Source of the DNA: Tubulanus polymorphus
Taxonomy: Eukaryota > Animalia > Nemertea
Length of the DNA: 64,000 bases
Reading direction: 5' to 3'
Assembly (NCBI RefSeq): GCF_964204645.1
Contig: NC_134030.1
Coordinates: 22,404,210 to 22,468,209 of the forward strand
Shown here: one piece after another, positions 13,443 through 27,457 of the stretch
Numbering within the stretch: position 1 is the stretch's first letter
Layout of the letters: each line of letters opens with the position of its first letter
The notes under the pieces: model-generated
The model's input: only the letters and a program-made list of their open reading frames with translations
Database searches by the model: none
What the model was told of the DNA's origin: nothing
Position numbers and translations under genes: made by a program

Positions 13443-14690
13443 CACTGTAGGAAAATCCACATATTCAACTCGAATTCTCTTCGATCTCATGATATTTAAA
13501 AAAGTTTAATTTTACATTGAGAGACGAAATCTTTCAGTATTTCGTAATGACTCGTCTTGTGTGGAGCCAGCGGCCATTATCTTTTTAAACAAAGAAAAAA
13601 CAATATCTCATAACATCGCCACAAAAAGATCTTCAGATCAAACCCAGCAGTGGAAAGTAGAGCCAAAATAATTGCTCAAAAACAAGAAAGATCAGATATT
13701 CAGTTAAGACTCAGTGAAATAATATTTATTTCCTCAATGAAGCACAATAATAAATCAACAGACAATTAAGAGTTACACAATAATCGAACCATTTAGATGT
13801 CATATAACTGAACATTTCACAAAAACAATGTTCTAGGATAGTTTCATGAAAAATTTGAACCTTGAATCAATATTCTAATTCCCTATCAATCCAGTTTATC
13901 TTAAATCGCTTTTTGTAAATTATTAATCACTTTTTGGTGGGAAAAACTAAATTACAGTAAATCACCAGTTTCAGAGTTGAGGAGGTTGGACTGGATTCAG
14001 TTTCATAAAAAATCTTTAACTAAGGATTTGAGACAAACTCAGTCCTGCCAATGCCCCCTTCAGATGAACACCTTTCAAATGGCGAAGTCTAAATGAACAC
14101 ATTTTTTCACATATCTGTCTAAAATTGACGGTTCAGACCTTACATTCTAATCAATTAAGAAAATGCCGGGGTACTACCATAGGGGGTGGGAACATGGTAA
14201 ATGTCTGAGGAGTGTTTACAGACAGCAGGAGCTGCAGTTGCTGAATAGTTGGTTGAAGATAACCAGCCGATAAATACCATCAAGTTTTAATTGTCACTAT
14301 CATTTATCCACTGGTTAACTCAAACAAACTATTGTATACACATAACCACAGATCCAAGATAGACATTAAAGTTTTACCAGTAAAATGTTTCAAACAAACA
14401 TGTTTCGGTTAAAGAGTTATTACCATATAAATAATAAGTTCACTATAGTTATACAACAATGCATTAATATCTGAATAATGTGACAAACTCGAAATAAATA
14501 AGTATATACCACACACATATACAGTAAACTCACACGGTATTTCAATCAGTCGACAATCAATGAAATTTAAATTTCAATCTCTCAGCTTTTAGTCCAAATT
14601 TACGTATGTCCGGTGAGACGAGAAGATGATAAGACGATAACGAGAGAAATCCACAATAACGAAGCCAAAAAGAGAAACTTGAATAGAAGA

Positions 14691-14775
<85 letters not shown>

Positions 14776-14900
14776 CGCAACTTATTGGCTAAAGACTATT
14801 AGCCATCATCACCACTACGCCTGATGATGGCTAAACACTATTAGCCATCATCAGGCGTACTGGTGATGATGGCTAATAGTCTTCATACATAAATTAAAGT

Positions 14901-14947
<47 letters not shown>

Positions 14948-15318
14948 CTATTCAAGTTTCTAGTTTTGGCTGAATCTATTGTGGGATTTCTCTTGTTGCG
15001 TATATCTAGTCCACCGTCATCGGAAGTCGTCACATCACTGAAGTCGTCTATTTTTTAGTCCCAATATCCGATTAATTCCTACTAAAAGTGAAAGTCGTCA
15101 ACAAAGTCATCGGACGACTTCAGCAGCTCAGCGAGTTGCAACGTATTTAACTGTTGAAAACACAAATCTTTTTTGTCTGAGTTATCTATTTTTTAAGTTT
15201 GCCTACGTTTTGCACCAACTTGAGAGAGTAAATTTCTACCGGTAATCCGACATTCTCCGACATTGTTTTTTTCTCAATGAATATTCAAATGTTTTGAAGT
15301 TCAGGGGTTAGGGGTTAG

Positions 15319-18300
15319 TTAGTCTTTCGGCTGCAGGTTGACCGACCAACCGAACACCCTGCGATCGAAACCGCATGTGAATAAATTGCACATATTATTC
15401 TGACTCTCGCCGCACCATGTCGCCGCGCAAACCATACGATTGTGACCCTGAAAAATAGATGTCACCACCGTAGAAATTAGGGCTATCATACGCTTCTCCG
15501 CAGCAGCCGCGGTCGGAAAGTAATCATGCAGAAAATTAGCTAGAATATAATCCTGGACCCAGTTCCACAGTTCCTAGTTAAGATTTGACTCTGAGTTAAC
15601 TCATTGAAAATCAACTAACTTTAACTCAGAGTTAGCTCTAACTCACAACTGTGGAACCGGGCACTGATGGTCAGGTGCCTTCGAAAAGCAGGTGTGAATC
15701 TTAGAACAAAATTTGGCTAGAAAATTTTCATAATTCTTTTTTTTTCAATAAAATCCTGCAGAATCTCCACAAAAAACACCTGCCTGGTCATTTCAGTGAG
15801 CAGAGAATAGGGAGAAACACGAGGTATTAACTTTTAGCCTTATCATCGTAATCTTTCCCCTCAATCCGCAGACTTGCACTCAGTGAACCCTCACGTACCT
15901 GTCTGCTACTGCGAGGTAGACGTCCCAGTCTAACCCCCAGTATATCGTGAACCCTCACGTACCTGTCTGCTACTGCGAGGCAGACGTCCTAGTCTAACCC
16001 CCAGTATATCGTGAACCCTCACGTACCTGTCTGCTACTGCGAGGTAGACGTCCCAGTCTAACCCCCAGTATATCGTGAACCCTCACGTGTCTGTTATCTT
16101 GTGGAATGGCAATGTTGTAATTTGAACTGTGAACGCTCAACCTGCGAATGAAATACAAGAGGAAAAGATTTGATATTCAAAGTTTAATGGAACTCATGAC
16201 GATATTGTAAACATATATTGTAATGAATCAAACTGATGTATCTAAAACTTCTACAGCGGACAGATTACTCCCATTTCGCGTTTCCATTTCACCCTCCTTC
16301 TACATAATTTCATTAAATTTTCATCTTTTTTTCTGGGTGCTTGGATCCCTACGGGACACAGCCTCCATTGGCTTTCCAAGCATCCCGCCTCGGTAAGATT
16401 CAAGAATAGGGGACTAGTGGTTAGGTTTAGGGTTAGGGTCAGGTTTAGTTCCCTAATCATCATTAATTACTATATACATTACTATCATTATATATCATCA
16501 TTATCAATTACTAATATTATTACTTAATTGATTACTATCACTACATATATATTGCTATAGTCCCCTATTCTTGAATCGCACCCCAGCCTCGTATGTATGT
16601 AAATTGTTCATAATCTATATATCATTTATACTGCATATGTACATAGTGAAATAAATATTATTATAAACTAGGCCCGATGCTTGCCCCACGGAGCTGATCA
16701 TATCTAACAAACCGGTCACTTTCCACTCATCACGTGTAAAATCAAAATTTTCATCTATGTCTTACGTATTTGATTGTGTTAATTGATCGGATTCTTAACA
16801 GATCAAGTCAGGGAAAACAACACGCATGTCAGGGAATAGTCAGCAAGTCAAATAGAAGTGGCGCCCCCTGTAGGTGTATGTTGTTTACCTGTTGACGGCT
16901 GAATCCGTTCTGATTGTGACAATCGGCGATCGCATGTTCTTCAAATCCCAAACCTTCACCGTACGATCGTCGCTTCCCGATACGATCTTATCGGTGCCGG
17001 CGAAAACTGACGTCGTCACCGGCCTGAAATACAATCACAGGACACAAATAAAGATGATAACAAGACCTATAGCCCACTTATGACCATTGTTTAAACTAAT
17101 CTGGCCAACAAGGCAATTGCAGTATAGAATGCCAATCCAGTGTCAACACAGTAATTACAGTAATTACATTTTGTTCCCTCAAAAATGGATTTTGTAATTT
17201 GAGGGATTTGAGGGGCTGTAGGAACCATTTAAATACACCTAGCAGCGACCCGACCCCGCCCGAGTGCGGGGGATACTCAGCGGCCCGACCCCGTCCTCCT
17301 CGTCTGCCGGAGATACTCACTGCGTGTGACCTTGAAACACGTTCACCTGCATGGATTTGTCGCGTAAATCCCACAGACGGAACGTCGTGTCTTTAGAAGA
17401 CGTGACGACCAGTTTCTGCTGCGTGTGCGCCCGCACGTCTGTCAGTTCAAGGTCGTGACCTAATTATAAATATAACAATGATAGAAATTATTAAAATAAT
17501 CTGTTTCATTTCATGAAATGTTTAGGTTTTTATAAATTCTATTCCTCTACTGCCCTCTAAGACTGTGTCGCTTCAACTATAAGTCTATAACCTCAGTATA
17601 AAACTGGTCAAATATCTGTCAGTTTTCTATTTGTAATGAAGAGAACTGCTCTATAAGACTGTGTCGCTTCAACTATAAGTCTATAACCTCAGTAGAAAAC
17701 TGGTCAAATATCTGTCAGTTTTCTATTTGTAATGAAGAGAACTGGTCTATAAGACTGTGTCGCTTCAACTATAAGTCTTTAACCTCAGTATAAAACTGGT
17801 CAAATATCTGTCAGTTTTCTATTTGTAATGAAGAGAACTGCTCTATAAGACTGTGTCGCTTCAACTATAAGTTTATAACCTCAGTATAAAACTGGTCAAA
17901 TATCTGTCAGTTTTCTAATGAAGAGAACTGCTCTATAAGACTGTGTCGCTTCAACTATAAGTCTATAACCTCAGTATAAAACTGGTCAAATATCAATCAG
18001 TTTTCTATTTGTAATTAAGAGAACTGCTCTATAAGACTGAGTCGCTTCAACTATAAGTCTATAACCTCAGTATAAAACTGGTCAAATATCTGTCAGTTTT
18101 CTATTTGTAATGAAGAGAACTGCTCTATAAGACTGTGTCGCTTCAACTATAAGTTTATAACCTCAGTATAAAACTGGTCAAATATCTGTCAGTTTTCTAA
18201 TGAAGAGAACTGCTCTATAAGACTGTGTCGCTTCAACTATACGTCTATAACCTCAGTATAAAACTGGTCAAATATCAATCAGTTTTCTATTTGTAATTAA

Positions 18301-21300
18301 GAGAACTGCTCTATAAGACTGTGTCGCTTCAACTATAAGTTTATAACCTCAGTATAAAACTGGTCAAATATCTGTCAGTTTTCTAATGAAGAGAACGGCT
18401 CTATAAGACTGTGTCGCTTCAACTATAAGTCTATAACCTCAGTATAAAACTGGTCAAATATCAATCAGTTTTCTATTTGTAATGAAGAGAACTGGTCTAT
18501 AAGACTGTGTCGCTTCAACTATAAGTCGATAACCTCAGTGTAAAACTGATCAAATATCTGTCAGTTTTCTATTTGTAATGAAGAGAACTGCTCTATAAGA
18601 CTGTTTCGCTTCAACTATAAGTCATAGTTGATTTCTAGCTGTCAAATTTCAAGTCCTACCTCAGTGTAGAATCCATGTTCTATACCTAGCTAGCTACTTA
18701 TTCCTGAAGCCTGAGACCTGTGACATCATAACTGTCAGCCAATCACAGCTAACCCTAACCCTAGGTCACCTGACCAGCTGTGACATCATAACTTCTGGTC
18801 AGCCAGTCACAGCTAACCCTAACCCTAGGTCACCAGACCAGCTGTGACATCATAACTCTAGCCAGCCAATCACAGCTAACCCTAACCCTAGGTCACCTGA
18901 CCAGCTGTGACATCATAACCCTAGCCAGCCAATCACAGCTAACCCTAACCCTAGGTCACCTGACCAGCTGTGACATCATAACTCTAGCCAGCCAATCACA
19001 GCTAACCCTAACCCTAGGTCACCTGACCAGCTATGATATCATAATTCTAGCCAGCCAATGAAATCATTAGATCACTGAAGCTGATTGAGGTGGTCAGACA
19101 GACAGACAGGTGTATGTGTGTGTGTGTCACTACTCAAACTAGTTCAATACAACACTATGACTATGTATTCAATGTTCAGAATATAAGAACCACAAACTGT
19201 GTGTACAGTTATAATTCTATCCTAGCTAATCCTACTTCAGACTACAGGTCTATAACCTCAGTATAAAACTGGTCAAAATAATATCTATCAGTTTTCTATT
19301 TGTAATAAAGAGAACTGGTCTATAAGACTGTCACTTCAAATATAAGTCTATAACCTCAGTATAAAACTCATGATTTATAGCTGTCAAATATCTGTCAGTT
19401 TTCTATTTGTAATAAAGAGAACTGGTCTATAAGACTGTCACTTCAAATATAAGTCTATAACCTCAGTATATAACTCATGATTTCTAGCTGTCAAATATCT
19501 GTCAGTTTTCTATTTGCAACTATTTATGTCATATAGAATCTACTGGTACATTCCTAACTGACTGAAACTATAAGTTTCTTATAGATTTAAACAACTGAAT
19601 TCATAGATTAAACATCAAAGTTCCAAAAAGTCTCACACAAGCTACTAAAAGATTTTCATTTTCAGTTTTTAAAAGCTCCGTGTGCTGACGTTATAAACGA
19701 ACCTGTTAACGAATGAACCAAATCTCCGCTCTCCGAGTCGTAGATGTTCGCCGCTCGGTCCCACGACGCGGTGACCACCTGTTCACCGCCGGCTAGCCAA
19801 TCAGCTGCGATGATTACCCCCGTGTGACCGGATAACTCGAGTAGAGGAGTTCGTAGAATCATGTATTCATGTAAAACATCGGGTTCTATAATAATATAAT
19901 GAGGAAAATATTGAGTTAATTTCAAATTCTTGATTAACTATGGTTAAAAGACCACAGTCTCACAGTGTCAAGTTGGAGTCAATTTAGTTCATTATTGATG
20001 TCTTCAGAGTCATCCTCGACCTGTGGTTTGACTACAGCTAAAATCAGTCCAGGGGCCAGTCGCGACTTAAGTCCAAAGGCGGTCTTAAAACTTTAGACTG
20101 GTCTTAAGTTGTTAGATTGGCTATAGAATTAAGTCTTAGACTTGTCTTAAGTCTAAGCCATGACTATGCAACCGCCCCAGAACTATATAACCAGGTTCAG
20201 GACTCCCAGGACTCTGAAGAGTTGAATAATTAGTTCATTTCTAGTAACTTTAACTCTTGAGTCAAATTCATCATAAAACTGGAGTTTGACTACAAATAAA
20301 TGAGTTAATTTTCAACGTTTGAACATTTATAGTCAAACTGGTTTCCAATAGAATTCCACTAGAATTCCACACAGGATTCCACTAGGATTCCACAGTTCTC
20401 AAAGCTTATTTTTGACTCGTACAAGTTTGAATTTGAGAGTCATTTTCAACAACTCTTAACGTATGAGACTCCTAGAACTGTTGAAACGGGTCCCGATCTT
20501 GGAATAACGACTTAGCAATATGCTTACCTTCCAAAGCTTCATCTTTTTCCGAACTTTCAAAATCATCTTCACCGGAAGAATGTGATTTCTAAAAAAACCG
20601 AAACAATCAAAGGGTTAGTTTCACAAGAAGACTGATTAACTGACAACTAGGGTAAAATTTTGACAGTTATTTCTGTTATTTTTTGAATATTCAAACTATA
20701 CGCACCATAGGCTCGACGTTGATGGGTAAGTTGAATTGAGCGCGCCAGATGTGCGCGGTCTGATCGCCGGAACCGGTTAACACTAATTCCTGGTTCGGAT
20801 GAAATCTGATGGAATTCACCGAGCCCTGGTGCCCGGAGTACTGCAGCACGCAGGACCCGGTCTCTATACAATATAACCTGGCCGTGTGATCTACAAACAA
20901 ATTGTCAAAAACTCTCGTTCAATATCTGACCACCAGATGGCATTACTAACAGCCAGTTTTACGTCGAAATCAGAATCAGTTCATTTTGTAATTTGTATTT
21001 TACATCTTTTTTTTGATTATCAAACGAGCCTCGAAAAAGATCCACACTTTTCACTTGTTGGTGTTTAATATCATTTTCATTGATAATTGATTTACTCAGA
21101 GACGAAAATTTGATTCAGTTTTAATTGAAATTGAAGAGGAACTACTAGTGACACCTGGTGGATTCTCACTTGTCACAAGTGGAATCCTCTATTGCCGCAG
21201 TAGTTGATGTCCTACTGCACACTAGTGACACCTGGTGGATTCTCACTTGCCACAAGTGGAATCCTTTATTGCCGCAGTAGTTGATGTCCTACTGCACACT

Positions 21301-23211
21301 AGTGACACCTGGTGGATTCTCACTTGCCACAAGTGGAATCCTCTATTGCCGCAGTAGTTGATGTCCTACTGCACACTAGCGACACCTGGTGGATCCCTAC
21401 TCGCCACTAGTGGAATCATCTAATGTCACAGAACCATTAGAGGTTCCATATTCAATCAAAAACCTATAAGACCCATATAATGAATGCTTTTTTCATGCAG
21501 AAGCCAAAACTTTGATGGGTTTTTCGAATAACATTTTAATCAAAAATGTAATTTTGTATAATTTTACGTACCGGCTGAGGCCGTGCCGACAACTTGGGGT
21601 GACGTACAAGAGACATTCACCTCCCAGACTCCGTCGCGGTGTCCGCGGTATTCCCGTACGAACTGACAACCGGTCGACGCCGTCTTGAAACTCGACACAA
21701 TTCGACTCGTCGAAGCTTTGTAAGTCGTTTTAATCTTCTGCGATATCTGACTACCGGCTGAAAAACATAAATACACCGTCAATCACAGCTGCAGATTTAT
21801 TTGAACATTTTTAGAAATTCAACCCCAGGGCATCAAAGATCAAGCATGCCGCTATAGCATGTCTACACTGCTGTGCGGTGTATTGTTAATAACTAACAAC
21901 CCTCCTCTCCGTGGTGTACGATGCAGTTTGACTCACATTTTTTAGCTTTAGCTCCCGATGATTCGGTCGTATTGTCGTGAGTACAGAACCGGTCGCCGGT
22001 CGCCTCTAGACGATCCTGCAACGTCTTCACTTCATCTTGCACTGGAGAAAATCAAACAAATTCAAACTACAGTAAGCGGTTATAGAATCAGACAAACCGT
22101 CGGTTCATAGTTGTGAGATAGACTTTACTCTGAACTCAGGATCCAGTTCCACAGTTGTCAGTTGTTAAGAGTTAACTGTGAACTCTGGATCCAGTTCCAC
22201 ATTATAAGTTAACCCTCAACCATGGAACTGGATTCTGATTGGTTTAAGTGAAACTTACATGTTAAATTCTCGGCGTAGAGATTTTCAAATTCTCGTTCGA
22301 TTTGACCGAACAAATCGTCCAAACGACACCTGATAAACATAGATAACAATCCATCAATCAACACTTAACGGCTTTATATAAATCACCATTTGACATCAAC
22401 AAATATGTTACGAAAAAGATTTGATCTCAGAGATTGTTGCCTCCATGAATCTCTCAATATCTAGAGATCTGATGTCATAGGGGGATTTATGGAGTCAGCC
22501 ATCTATCCTTATAGCATTATTGAGGTATCTATAGATTAAATCACTAGACTAGTAAATGAATTGATGATGTCATAGGGGGATTTATGGAGGCAGCCATCAT
22601 TTCGGTAAGGTTCTGAAGAACAAATCACAAGTAGACAATTTGATTCATGGAGGCGGCTATCTTTTCTAGGAGGGTCTATAGATCAAATCACTAGTAGACA
22701 ATTTGATGATGTCATAGTGGGATTTATGGAGGCAGACATCTTTTCTAGCAATGTCTATGGATCAAATCATTAGCAGACAATTTGATGATGTCATAAGGGA
22801 TCTATGGAGGCAGACATCTTTTCTAGCAATGTCTATAGATCAAATCATTAGCAGACAATTTGATGATGTCATAAGGGGATTTATGGAGGCAGACATCTTT
22901 TCTAGAAATGTCTATAGATCAAATCGCTAGAAAGTAATTTGATGATGTCATAGGGGGATTTATGAAGGCAGACACCTGTTCTATAATTGTCTATAGGCCT
23001 AGATCAAATCGCTAGATTTGATGATGTCATAGGGGGATTTTTTTTTTTACATCTTTCAGAAATGATAGTATGAATGTATGTACCTGAAATGTGCTGGTAT
23101 TAAACTCTGTTCCGAGTCGATGTGAACGGACGTGACCTCCGACGCGTCTGTCGCGCTGCGGCCTTTACGTATCATACTCTTCAGTTTCAACGCTCCGTCT
23201 CCTCCGGGCAT
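15319..23211 (-). CDS. WDR37: WD repeat-containing protein 37; exons 23084-23211, 22259-22329, 21937-22041, 21572-21757, 20706-20890, 20528-20588, 19703-19885, 17321-17459, 16889-17023, 16027-16141, 15319-15447
   Basis: Spliced translation gives [61 protein letters not shown] and [15 protein letters not shown]...LFTCGFDR, all matching WDR37. All junctions are GT-AG and in phase. Confidence 0.95.
15883..16088. repeat. 64-bp tandem repeat (~3.2 copies) spanning a WDR37 exon-intron boundary
   Basis: GTGAACCCTCACGT recurs at 15883, 15947, 16011 and 16075. Confidence 0.95.
16397..16577. mobile_element. MITE with 20-bp inverted repeats and internal TTAGGG-like units
   Basis: GATTCAAGAATAGGGGACTA ... 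TAGTCCCCTATTCTTGAATC; interior GGTTAGGTTTAGGGTTAGGG. Confidence 0.65.
17559..18625. repeat. ~92-96-bp tandem array (~11 copies); related units at 19240-19520
   Basis: Recurrent AAGACTGTGTCGCTTCAACTATAAGTCTATAACCTCAGTATAAAACTGG. Confidence 0.95.
18715..19060. repeat. ~63-bp tandem array containing (TAACCC)2 and a CCAAT per unit
   Basis: Recurrent TGTGACATCATAAC...GCCAATCACAGCTAACCCTAACCCTAGGTCACC. Confidence 0.9.
21145..21418. repeat. 77-bp dispersed tandem repeat family (also 27612-27880 and 32947-33141 in the opposite orientation)
   Basis: Unit CTAGTGACACCTGGTGGATTCTCACTTGCCACAAGTGGAATCCTCTATTGCCGCAGTAGTTGATGTCCTACTGCACA and its reverse complement. Confidence 0.9.
22465..23040. repeat. ~79-bp dispersed tandem repeat family (also 8070-8570, 12850-13090, 27260-27380, 30130-30780, 32393-32425)
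   Basis: Core TGATGTCATAGGGGGATTTATGGAGGCAGACATCTTTTCTAG, present in both orientations. Confidence 0.9.
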
Positions 23212-24357
23212 TCTGATCTAGTCTTAACCCTCTGCCTGACGTCTTCCTCCGCAGCAGCAGTCAGTTTTTCATTCTCCTGCTGAGAATAGGAAAACATCTA
23301 GTTTTATTAATTAAGCTACTGGGAGGATTCATCTGCAACAAAATCAAAAATGGTTAGGTCTATGGAATTGAGGTATCAGTTTACCCTCACCTGCCCACAT
23401 GGATCGTTGGGTCCTGCATGAAAATTTTCATTTATTTCATTATTTTCATCCTTAAAACGATGAAAACGATTTTGATTATTTGACATTTTTCCTTGTTTCT
23501 TTTTTGACCGTCAAGTCAATCTTTTTTTTGAGTGAGGAAAAAAATTCTTTAAACATGGAATTATGGAACTTAAAAATGAATGCAATACTTACATCAACAA
23601 CAGAGTTCAACAAACAAATCCTCTCTCAAACAGAGTTTAATCTCTCGTGCGGCTGTCACGTCGTATTTGTAAATATCTCTTGTAATTTTTCCAATTGTCA
23701 AATGTCAAATTTTACTTCCGCCATTGATTTCGCTGTGTTCTCTAAAACGCGTATTCGGACTAATCGAAAAACGCGTATCTGGACTTACGAGGATCAAATT
23801 ACAAATTTGCGCGCGCCGGCATTGGTGCCGCGCATCGGGAGGATCTAGGAGGTATTTATGGTGCTCCCTCCACTCTTCTCATTCAGGTTGTCGCCGTTTA
23901 GGCTCATCGAGAATTTAGGCTGCCGAGAATTTGACATGGGATCGGATCTATTGTGCGCACGACGATGGCCGCCCCCACGGGTCGATTTTTGTTTCTAATA
24001 CGGCCACCAGGGTTAGGGAACCTCTCATTTGCAAATCTTAGTAACGAGCATAATCATAGATATCTTCATTTATTTAGCATTTCAATACGGTAAAAAATGT
24101 TTGCCGGCACTACACGACATTGCTCCCCTCAGCACTGAGTGCCGGACAATCCGCAGTGCTGCGGGTAAACGACATAAATAAGCATCGAAATATTCAGATG
24201 ATTATTTTTACGAATACTTCACACTTTCAGTTTTTCGCGGAAATTTGAATAATTTTTTTCATTTTTTGCGCATTCTTTTAAGCGTGCATCACATATCGAC
24301 TCTTCCGGGCTTCAGACTATGGTTATGAACAGAGACGGCGTGAAATATACGCGTAGA

Positions 24358-26469
<2,112 letters not shown>

Positions 26470-27457
26470 GTTGCCCCAACTCGAGATGATACGACCAATA
26501 ACACGGCGGCAAGTCCGCCTTCATCGATTTCTCTCTGCTTACAGTAAATTCAATTTCACCCAATTCAGCTAGTATTTTTTCGGAAGAGAAGAAATAATGG
26601 ACGCGACCGACCGCGACGACGCGCGCGTCACGCTGCTGTGTAATTCGCGGTGAAAGTGGAAGGGATTTCGGTTTGAAAAACACCTAGAATTCCGCTCTCT
26701 AATCTTACACGCAGCGGCGCTAGGGCCGTTGAAACAGCGACTGAATCCCGCTCAGCTTCACTGGCATGATATTCATAATGCTGAATTGTGGCAAAGTTGT
26801 GATGTCATCACTAATCGTATTGGAAGAAACCCTGAAGTACCCCCTGGTATTATTTCTAATCAATATCAGTGAATTACCGATTGAGTATCAGTATCAGTAT
26901 CAGCCCGCCGAAGCTCACACCAACACAAACCCTGGCCCGACCAATGAAGGGTTGCGGTCCAGGGTTTGCGGCGTGAGCTTCGGCGGAAGGCAATCAAACC
27001 CTGGCAAGCGAGGGTGGGTGTCAAGTGCAGTTTTGTGAAGCTGGTTCCATAGCCGGGCGATCTCGATCAGTTCCTGTTTACGCAGTCGCGTAATTCTTTG
27101 CTACCAGCAATAAATAACACCACGAAACACATTCATTTTCTACCAAAATATTTGAGACATTTTATTTCTTTTTTTCTCTCGTGAAAAATCGTTACAAAAA
27201 CAATGAGATCTACGCATTTCTAATCTACACAGCATACGTAATATCTATACAGATCAGATTCCTCCGTAAGTCCCCCCTTATTACGTCATCAAATCTAAGT
27301 ACAAAGTTCATATATCTCTTGAGAAACAGTCTAGAAATCAAATGATGATGTCATAGGGGGATCAAGGATGCAGCCATGTTTATTCCGTTGCTTCATTTCA
27401 CAGGCATTTAAAACAGTTTGAGATTACGAGAGGCGCCCCGACAGACCGAGCCTGGTG

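Noticed and set aside
14820-14860. Hammerhead ribozyme at CCTGATGA
   Set aside because: No GAAA after a stem II; explained as part of a nested palindrome.
22465-23040. C/D box snoRNA array (TGATGA in each unit)
   Set aside because: No consistent CTGA box D or terminal stem; occurs in both orientations relative to host genes.
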